Shown in pieces: positions 57,206 to 64,000 of a stretch of DNA of 64,000 nt (position 1 is the first letter of the stretch; each line of letters opens with the position of its first letter). Made by a program: the position numbers and the translations under genes. Under the pieces are notes generated by a model, which worked only from the letters and a program-made list of their open reading frames with translations, was not told the origin of the DNA and ran no database searches. This DNA is from Actinomycetota bacterium (lineage in GTDB: Bacteria > Actinomycetota > Actinomycetes > S36-B12), in contig JAUSNB010000057.1 of assembly GCA_030645615.1 (NCBI GenBank), positions 12,384 through 76,383 on the forward strand, read 5' to 3'.

Positions 57206-57652
57206 GTGAGCGAGCCGGACACTGAGGTCCGCCCGCGGGAGCAGGTGCGCCCGGCGGGCGCCCCACCCGTTCGGCCGTCCTTCACCGGGCGGGCCGTCAT
57301 GCTGGCCATCGTCGCCGGCATCCTGCTGGTGACCCTCGCCGTACCCGTTCGGGCATGGTTCGCGCAGCGCGCGACCATCGCCACGCTTCGGGCCGACGTC
57401 GAGTCTGCGCAGCAGCGGGTCGAGGAACTGCAGGTGAGCAAGGAGCGCTGGGAGGACCCGGCCTTCGTAGCGGCCGAGGCTCGCCGACGCCTCCACTTCG
57501 TCCTTCCCGGTGAGGTCGGGTTCGTGACCCTGGGCTCGGGTGCGGGGCCAGCGGCCGAAGCCGAGGCGGGCGCGGCCCAAGGTCCTTGGTACTCGGAGCT
57601 CTGGGGCGCGCTCCGGCAGGCGGACGAGCTGCCGGCGACCCCTGCCGGATGA
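57206..57652 (+). CDS. ftsB: Septum formation initiator (FtsB/DivIC family)
   Basis: A single TM followed by a coiled coil (LRADVESAQQRVEELQVSKERWEDP), at the conserved position after eno. Confidence 0.75.
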   Translation: MSEPDTEVRPREQVRPAGAPPVRPSFTGRAVMLAIVAGILLVTLAVPVRAWFAQRATIATLRADVESAQQRVEELQVSKERWEDPAFVAAEARRRLHFVLPGEVGFVTLGSGAGPAAEAEAGAAQGPWYSELWGALRQADELPATPAG

Positions 57653-58152
57653 CGGCCGACGGGCTCAACGCTGCCGACACTGCAGCAGTGACGTGGCAAC
57701 TCGGCCGGGCCCCGCGCGGCGTCGTGCGGGTCGCCCATCGCTGCCCGTGCGGGGACCCTGACGTGGTCATGACCGCGCCACGCCTGCCGGACGGCACCCC
57801 ATTCCCGACCCTGTACTACTTCACGTGCCCTAGGGGTGCTGCGGCGATCGGCACCCTCGAGGGTTCAGGCCGCATGCGCGCGCTGGAAGGGCAACTGGCG
57901 GACGACGCAGGGCTTGCGGCCGCCTATCGCGCTGCCCACGAGGCGTACCTGGCGGAGCGGAAGGCCGTCGAAGCCGTTCCGGAACTCGACGGGATCAGCG
58001 CGGGCGGCATGCCGGCCCGGGTCAAGTGCCTGCACGTCCTCGTCGCACATGCGCTGGCCGGGGGAGCGGGAGCCAACCCTGTCGGCGACCTTGCCCTCGC
58101 CGAGTTGCCGGACTGGTGGGCGCGTGGCGGCTGCGCGGCGGAGCGCGGGTGA
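57649..58152 (+). CDS. DUF501 protein
   Basis: ATGA overlap with ftsB. Motifs RCPCGDP...PFPTLYYFTCP and VKCLH, at the conserved position before ppx. Confidence 0.75.
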   Translation: MTADGLNAADTAAVTWQLGRAPRGVVRVAHRCPCGDPDVVMTAPRLPDGTPFPTLYYFTCPRGAAAIGTLEGSGRMRALEGQLADDAGLAAAYRAAHEAYLAERKAVEAVPELDGISAGGMPARVKCLHVLVAHALAGGAGANPVGDLALAELPDWWARGGCAAERG

Positions 58153-59075
58153 CCACGGTCGCGGCCATCGACTGCGGCACGAACTCCGTGCGGCTGCTCG
58201 TGGCGGACCTGGCTCCCGATGGGAGTGTCTCCGAGCGGGCGCGCCTCATGCGCATCGTCCGGCTGGGCGAGGGCGTCGACCGCACGGGCGCATTCAGTGC
58301 CGACGCCCTGGGCCGCACCTTCACGGCGCTCGACGAGTACGCGGAGGTGCTGGCCCGCGAGGCCGTGGAGCGGGTGCGCTTCGTGGCCACGTCGGCGAGC
58401 CGTGACGTCTCCAACCGCGACGCGTTCGCGGCAGGCGTCGTCCAGCGAGTCGGAGTGCTCCCGGAAGTGATCTCGGGGGAAGAGGAGGCCGCGCTGTCCT
58501 TCCTCGGTGCCGTGCGTGGGCTGCCCGCGGGCGCCGTTCGGCCACCCGCGCTGGTGGTGGACATCGGCGGCGGTTCCACCGAGTTCGTGCGGGGGTCGGC
58601 TGCCGTCGACTCGGCCGTGAGCGTCGACATCGGCTGCGTGCGCATGACCGAGCGACACCTGCACGGGGATCCGCCGACGGCCGCTGAGGTCGCGGCAGCG
58701 CGCGCGGACATCTCCGCCGAGGTTCGCCGGGCCGATGGCGTGATCGGGCTCGCGGGTGCGAGGACCATGGTCGGGCTGGCTGGATCGGTCACCACCGTGG
58801 CGGCGATGGCACTGGGCCTGGAGCGCTACGACGCGGAGGTCCTGCACGGATCCCTGATCGGAGTGGATCAGGTCGCTGACGCCACCGACCGGCTCACCGC
58901 CATGACCAGGTCCGAGCGGTCCGCGCTGCCCTACATGCATCCCGGGCGCGTGGACGTGATCGCGGCCGGGGCCATGATCCTGCGAGAGGCGATGCTGGTC
59001 GGGGGCTACCCCGAGGTTCGGGTCTCCGAGACCGACATCCTGGATGGCATCGTTTACAGGTTTGCCCAACTATGA
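58149..59075 (+). CDS. ppx: Exopolyphosphatase / guanosine pentaphosphate phosphohydrolase family protein
   Basis: AIDCGTNSVRLLVA and DIGGGSTEF actin-like ATPase motifs. GTGA overlap with the preceding gene. Confidence 0.85.
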   Translation: MTTVAAIDCGTNSVRLLVADLAPDGSVSERARLMRIVRLGEGVDRTGAFSADALGRTFTALDEYAEVLAREAVERVRFVATSASRDVSNRDAFAAGVVQRVGVLPEVISGEEEAALSFLGAVRGLPAGAVRPPALVVDIGGGSTEFVRGSAAVDSAVSVDIGCVRMTERHLHGDPPTAAEVAAARADISAEVRRADGVIGLAGARTMVGLAGSVTTVAAMALGLERYDAEVLHGSLIGVDQVADATDRLTAMTRSERSALPYMHPGRVDVIAAGAMILREAMLVGGYPEVRVSETDILDGIVYRFAQL

Positions 59076-59157
59076 CCGGATAACGGGTTGCGACCTTTCA
59101 TGTAACCGCTTGTGTCACGGAGTCCGGCTTGCCTAGACTCGCTGGCCAGGAGGTTCC

Positions 59158-60168
59158 GTGGGCATCACGATCAAGGACGTCGCCGACGCCGCTGGAGTTT
59201 CCACGGCGACGGTTTCGCGTGCCTTGCGAGGGCTGCCCAACGTCGACTCCGCGACCCGGGAGCGAATCCAGCGCATCGCCGGCGAACTGGACTACGTCAT
59301 CTCCCCGAGCGCCTCGCGGCTCGCCAGCGGCCGCACCGGCTGCGTGGCCGTGATCACGCCATACATCGCGCGGTGGTACTTCAGCACGGTGCTGTCCGGG
59401 GTCGAATCGGTCCTGCAGAGCGCCGGCATGGACCTGCTCCTGATGAGCGTCAGCACGCCGGACGGCCAGCACCGGCTGCCGCCGGCCCCCAGGCTCCGGC
59501 GCCGCGTCGACGGCGTGCTGGTGATTGCGCTGCCCCCGCAGGACTCGCAACTGCAGGAAGTCCTCGCCCTCGGGATGCCGACCAGCCTCATCGGGCTGTC
59601 GATGCCGAGCGTGCCGAGCGTCGCCATCGATGATGTGCTGGCTGGCCAGATCGCGACCCAGCACCTCATCAACCTCGGGCACGAGCGGATCGGTGTCATC
59701 AACGGAGCCCCGATCGTGTCGCCCTACACCGCCGAGAACGACCGATACCGAGGCTTCGAGCAGGCGATGCTCGGTGCGCACCTGACGGTCGACCCGATGC
59801 TGGAGGCGTACGGATACTTCACCATCGCCGGTGGCGAGCAGGCGATGACCGCACTGCTGACCCAGAAAGTGCCGCCCACGGCGGTCTTCGCGATGTCCGA
59901 CGAGATGGCATTCGGCGCCATGAAGGCCATGCGAGCCCACGGCATCACCCCTGGCAAGGAGATCTCGCTGGTCGGGGTCGACGGCCATGACATGTCCGAG
60001 TTCCTCGACCTGACGACGGTCGTGCAGCCGGTGCAGGACCTTGGTCGCATTGCGGCGGAGGCGCTCGTGCTCCAACTGCGGTCCGCGAGCCCGGAGATCG
60101 CCGGAGAGTCGATCCGGCTGCCCACGCAGTTGATCGTGCGCGGCTCCACCTCGCCGCGCCGGGCCTAG
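59158..60168 (+). CDS. LacI-family transcriptional regulator
   Basis: GTG after AGGAGG. HTH ITIKDVADAAGVSTATVSRALRG and a periplasmic-binding-protein-like effector domain. Confidence 0.9.
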   Translation: MGITIKDVADAAGVSTATVSRALRGLPNVDSATRERIQRIAGELDYVISPSASRLASGRTGCVAVITPYIARWYFSTVLSGVESVLQSAGMDLLLMSVSTPDGQHRLPPAPRLRRRVDGVLVIALPPQDSQLQEVLALGMPTSLIGLSMPSVPSVAIDDVLAGQIATQHLINLGHERIGVINGAPIVSPYTAENDRYRGFEQAMLGAHLTVDPMLEAYGYFTIAGGEQAMTALLTQKVPPTAVFAMSDEMAFGAMKAMRAHGITPGKEISLVGVDGHDMSEFLDLTTVVQPVQDLGRIAAEALVLQLRSASPEIAGESIRLPTQLIVRGSTSPRRA

Positions 60169-60170
60169 CC

Positions 60171-61847
60171 GTGCCAGGCATAGCCGAGCCGGCGCCGCTG
60201 CCCTGGTGGCACCGCGCCGCGGTGTACCAGGTCTATCCACGCTCGTTCCGCGACCTCAATGCCGACGGCACGGGGGACCTGCGCGGCGTGATCCACGAAC
60301 TGCCCTACATCGCAGCCCTCGCCGTCGACGCACTATGGCTGTCGCCGTTCTACTCATCGCCACAGAACGACTCCGGGTACGACGTTGTGGATCCGCGTTC
60401 CGTCGACCCGATCTACGGGACGCTCGAGGATGCCCAGGAGCTGATCGACCAGGCGCACTTCCGCGGGCTGCGCGTTCTCGTCGACGTCGTGCCCAACCAT
60501 TCCTCGATCGACCGGCCGTGGTTCCAAGAGGCCCTGGCGGCGGGACCGGGCAGCCCTGAGCGTGCGCACTATCACTTCCTCGATGGACGCGGCCCGCTCG
60601 GCGATGAGCCGCCGAACAACTGGGTGAGCATGTTCGGGGGTTCGGCCTGGACGCGTATAACGGAGCCTGACGGCTCACCGGGCCAGTGGTACCTGCACCT
60701 GTTTGACGCGACGCAGCCGGACCTGAACTGGTCCAACCCGCACGTGCACCTCGATGCCCTCGACACGCTCAGGTTCTGGCTGGACAAGGGTGCCGACGGG
60801 TTCCGGGTCGACGTGGCGCTCGGGCTGGCCAAGGACATGGACTACCCGGACATCGACGACCCCGAAGGGCTTGTCCTCGCGCTGCGGATGGACCTCGACG
60901 ACGGATCGGCCGAGGCCGGCGCCCGGCGGCGGCGGGTGGCGAACTCGCCGATCCTGGATCGCGATGAGGTGCAGGACATCTACCGGGAGTGGCGGGCCGT
61001 CCTCGACAGCTATCCCGGTGACCGCATGGCGGTCGCCGAGGCGTGGGTCCCCCCTGAGCGAGCCGCGCGCTACGTCGCGTCCGACACCCTGCATCAGATC
61101 TTCAACTTCGACTTCATGGCGGTCGGCTGGGACGCGGATCGGATCCGAACGGTCGTCCAGCAGACGCTCGACGGTCTGCGAGACGTCGGTGCGCCGCCGA
61201 CCTGGGCCCTGTCCAACCACGACACCCCGCGGGTGGTGACCCGGCTCGGCGGCGGGGACGTGGGCCGGCGCCGGGCGCGGGCCATGGCGCTCGTGGCGCA
61301 CTGCCTGCCGGGCTCGGTTTACGTGTACCAGGGCGAGGAGCTCGGCCTCGAGGACGCCGATATCCCGGACGAGGCTCGGCGGGATCCGGTCTGGTTCCGC
61401 ACCAAGGGTGCGCAGCGGGGCAGGGACGGCGGGCGGGTGCCCCTGCCATGGGCGGGTGCGTTGCCTCCCTATGGGTTCCACGACGCCACGGAGGCCGAGG
61501 TCCAGCCCTCCCTGTGGCTTCCGCCACCGCCGGACTGGGCATCCTTCACCGTCGAGGCGCAGTTGCGCGACGCGAGCAGCACGCTCGGGCAGTACCGCGC
61601 GATGCATCGACTCCGGCACGCACACCCAGGCTTCGTCGACCTCCACAACGTCACCTGGCCAGACGCTGAGCCGGGGGTGTTCATCGTGCGTCGTGGCTGC
61701 GGTTTCGCGTGCGTGGTCAACTGCACAGACCGGGAGATCACTAGCCCGATCGAGGGGTACGTGATGACGGCGAGCGATGCCTCGGTTCGGCTCGAGCGCA
61801 ACGTCGTCACGCTCCCGCCGGACACCGGGGCCTGGATTCAGGCCTGA
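60171..61847 (+). CDS. aglA: GH13 alpha-glucosidase / oligo-1,6-glucosidase
   Basis: Conserved GH13 regions VDVVPNHSS, GFRVDVALGL, AEAW and LSNHDTPR. Confidence 0.88.
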   Translation: MPGIAEPAPLPWWHRAAVYQVYPRSFRDLNADGTGDLRGVIHELPYIAALAVDALWLSPFYSSPQNDSGYDVVDPRSVDPIYGTLEDAQELIDQAHFRGLRVLVDVVPNHSSIDRPWFQEALAAGPGSPERAHYHFLDGRGPLGDEPPNNWVSMFGGSAWTRITEPDGSPGQWYLHLFDATQPDLNWSNPHVHLDALDTLRFWLDKGADGFRVDVALGLAKDMDYPDIDDPEGLVLALRMDLDDGSAEAGARRRRVANSPILDRDEVQDIYREWRAVLDSYPGDRMAVAEAWVPPERAARYVASDTLHQIFNFDFMAVGWDADRIRTVVQQTLDGLRDVGAPPTWALSNHDTPRVVTRLGGGDVGRRRARAMALVAHCLPGSVYVYQGEELGLEDADIPDEARRDPVWFRTKGAQRGRDGGRVPLPWAGALPPYGFHDATEAEVQPSLWLPPPPDWASFTVEAQLRDASSTLGQYRAMHRLRHAHPGFVDLHNVTWPDAEPGVFIVRRGCGFACVVNCTDREITSPIEGYVMTASDASVRLERNVVTLPPDTGAWIQA

Positions 61848-61860
61848 TTCCGCCCTGCAA

Positions 61861-62937
<1,077 letters not shown>

Positions 62938-63047
62938 GGTGATGCATCCCTTCACCGGCAGGAACGTGCCGGACGATCCGAAGTGAAACGGGTCCTCGCA
63001 CCGTAGCGGAGCGGGGCTCGTCCCGCGAGGGACTTTCGAGGGTCCGA

Positions 63048-63061
63048 TGTAACGCGTTACA
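63048..63061. promoter_or_regulatory. Perfect 14-bp palindrome TGTAACGCGTTACA in the divergent msiK / binding-protein promoter region (candidate LacI-family operator)
   Basis: Perfect dyad symmetry. A second LacI-like site, TGACAGCGTTTACG, lies at 63156..63169. Confidence 0.5.
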
Positions 63062-63245
63062 GATACGGGAGCCGCCTTCGTATATCAAATCGTGATGCAG
63101 GAGTGGAGGTTTTCTTGCTGTAGGGGTTGCAACAGCCGTACATCACGCGACAGGATGACAGCGTTTACGTCGGGACCGACGTGTTGGCCCGACAACCATC
63201 GGCCGGGGACCTTCCCCGTCGAATCTGTGAGGGCAAGGAGATTCC

Positions 63246-64000
63246 ATGACCGCAACCATGCGGCGCCGTGGCGCAGTTCTCCTCGTCGGTGGCGTTGCAG
63301 CAACCATGCTGCTCGCAGCCTGCGGGAGTTCCAGCACCACGAGCGAAAGCAGTGCAGCACCGGCCGAGTCTTCGGCCGCCCCGAGTGAGGCCGCCAGCGA
63401 AGCCCCCAGCAGCGAAGCCGCTGTCCCGGCCGGCTGCGAGGCATACGCGGCCTACACGGGCAGCGAGGGAACCTCGGTGACCCTGTTCACCTCGGTCCTG
63501 CCGCCCGAGCAGCAGCGCTACGAGGATGCCTGGAAGCCGTTCGAGGACTGCACCGGCATCGACATCGTCTATGAAGGCAGCGATCAGTTCGAGGCCCAGC
63601 TGCCCACGCGCATCGCCGGTGGCAACGCCCCCGATCTGGCGTGGATCCCGCAGCCTGGCCTGCTGGCCAAGCTCGTCCAGGCCGGCGGCCCCGTCCCGGC
63701 ACCCCAGGGTGTCAGCGACAACGTCGACCAGTACTACAACCCGGCGTGGAAGGCCTACGGCACGGTGGACGGCACGTTCTACGCCGCGCCCAACAGCTCG
63801 AACATGAAGTCCTTCGTCTGGTACTCCCCGAAGGTCTTCGCTGAGAAGGGCTACACCGTCCCGACCACGTGGGATGAGATGTTCGCGCTCAGCGACCAGA
63901 TGGTTGCCGACGGCATCAAGCCGTGGTGCGGTGGCATCGAGTCCGGTGGCGCCACCGGTTGGCCGGCGACTGACTGGATCGAGCAGATCGTGCTGCGCCA
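63246..64000 (+). CDS. Sugar ABC transporter substrate-binding lipoprotein, N-terminal part (3' end beyond the window)
   Basis: ATG 63246 after AAGGAG. Lipobox LLAAC followed by a Ser/Ala/Glu-rich linker. The frame stays open to base 64000, so it is absent from the stop-bounded ORF track. Motif WYSPKVF...GYTVPTTWDEM. Confidence 0.8.
   Translation, partial: MTATMRRRGAVLLVGGVAATMLLAACGSSSTTSESSAAPAESSAAPSEAASEAPSSEAAVPAGCEAYAAYTGSEGTSVTLFTSVLPPEQQRYEDAWKPFEDCTGIDIVYEGSDQFEAQLPTRIAGGNAPDLAWIPQPGLLAKLVQAGGPVPAPQGVSDNVDQYYNPAWKAYGTVDGTFYAAPNSSNMKSFVWYSPKVFAEKGYTVPTTWDEMFALSDQMVADGIKPWCGGIESGGATGWPATDWIEQIVLR

Noticed and set aside
59101-59114. TGTAACCGCTTGTG upstream of the LacI gene, considered as an operator related to the perfect palindrome at 63048.
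   Set aside because: Only 8 of 14 positions match the palindrome, and the right half-site is lost. The site at 59045..59058 fits the family pattern better.
63487-63844. Short ORF-track entries (63487..63702 minus, 63526..63807 plus, 63641..63844 plus) near the window end.
   Set aside because: They overlap the long open frame of the sugar-binding lipoprotein (63246 to the window end). That frame has a lipobox, an SD sequence and family-typical sequence, and is missing from the track only because it has no stop inside the window.

Overview
This is a densely coding chromosomal segment from a high-G+C actinobacterium, with about 65 protein genes and one tRNA. All calls rest on reading the supplied translations and the DNA by eye. 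No database search or folding program was run. Family names are my recognition of motifs, and starts are chosen from start codon, Shine-Dalgarno (SD) and overlap context.

Most of the window is conserved housekeeping, in an order that matches the Mycobacterium-type core:
- pstC(partial)-pstA-pstB-phoU
- ppa, dacB, a PMI-like cupin, DUF2342 metalloprotease-tilS-hpt-ftsH-folE-folP-folB-folK-DUF3180
- DUF2520-panC-nadB-nadC-coaX, then lysS-GNAT-amidase
- tRNA-Gln, glmU-prs, rplY-pth-cysQ-mfd-lipoprotein-mazG
- eno-ftsB-DUF501-ppx
- an alpha-glucoside locus: LacI, GH13 glucosidase, MsiK-like ATPase and a binding protein cut by the window end

The non-core parts worth a second look, in rough order of interest:
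1. 3.1-5.0 kb: a thiol-rich module. An ArsR-type sensor with three Cys pairs is divergent from an operon that opens with a 43-aa Cys-rich ORF not listed separately in the ORF track. A permease with an FCSCS motif and a CxxC thioredoxin-fold protein follow.
2. 5.0-7.2 kb: an arsenic locus with no ArsB/Acr3. It has an aquaglyceroporin, an ArsR-ArsC fusion and an N-terminally extended ArsC.
3. 7.3-9.4 kb: an SQR / TusE-type / DsrE-type sulfur-relay operon.
4. 20.5-22.5 kb: a stand-alone NuoD/NDUFS2-like gene next to a MidA/NDUFAF7-like methyltransferase gene. This resembles the eukaryotic enzyme-substrate pair.
5. 31.2-34.9 kb: a MarR-linked MMPL transporter whose first periplasmic loop carries a two-copy, roughly 117-aa tandem repeat.
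6. 40.16 kb: pth has no canonical start codon and lies in frame with rplY, separated only by TAA-CCG.
7. 46.5-55.9 kb: a block inserted into the conserved mazG...eno synteny. It contains a DUF222/HNH gene, a coupled PLP-enzyme/FAD-lactone-oxidase pair, and a NERD-nuclease::SF1-helicase fusion followed by a small membrane protein. The last pair is a candidate Nhi-like defence gene.

No CRISPR array, rRNA, transposase, integrase or prophage was seen.
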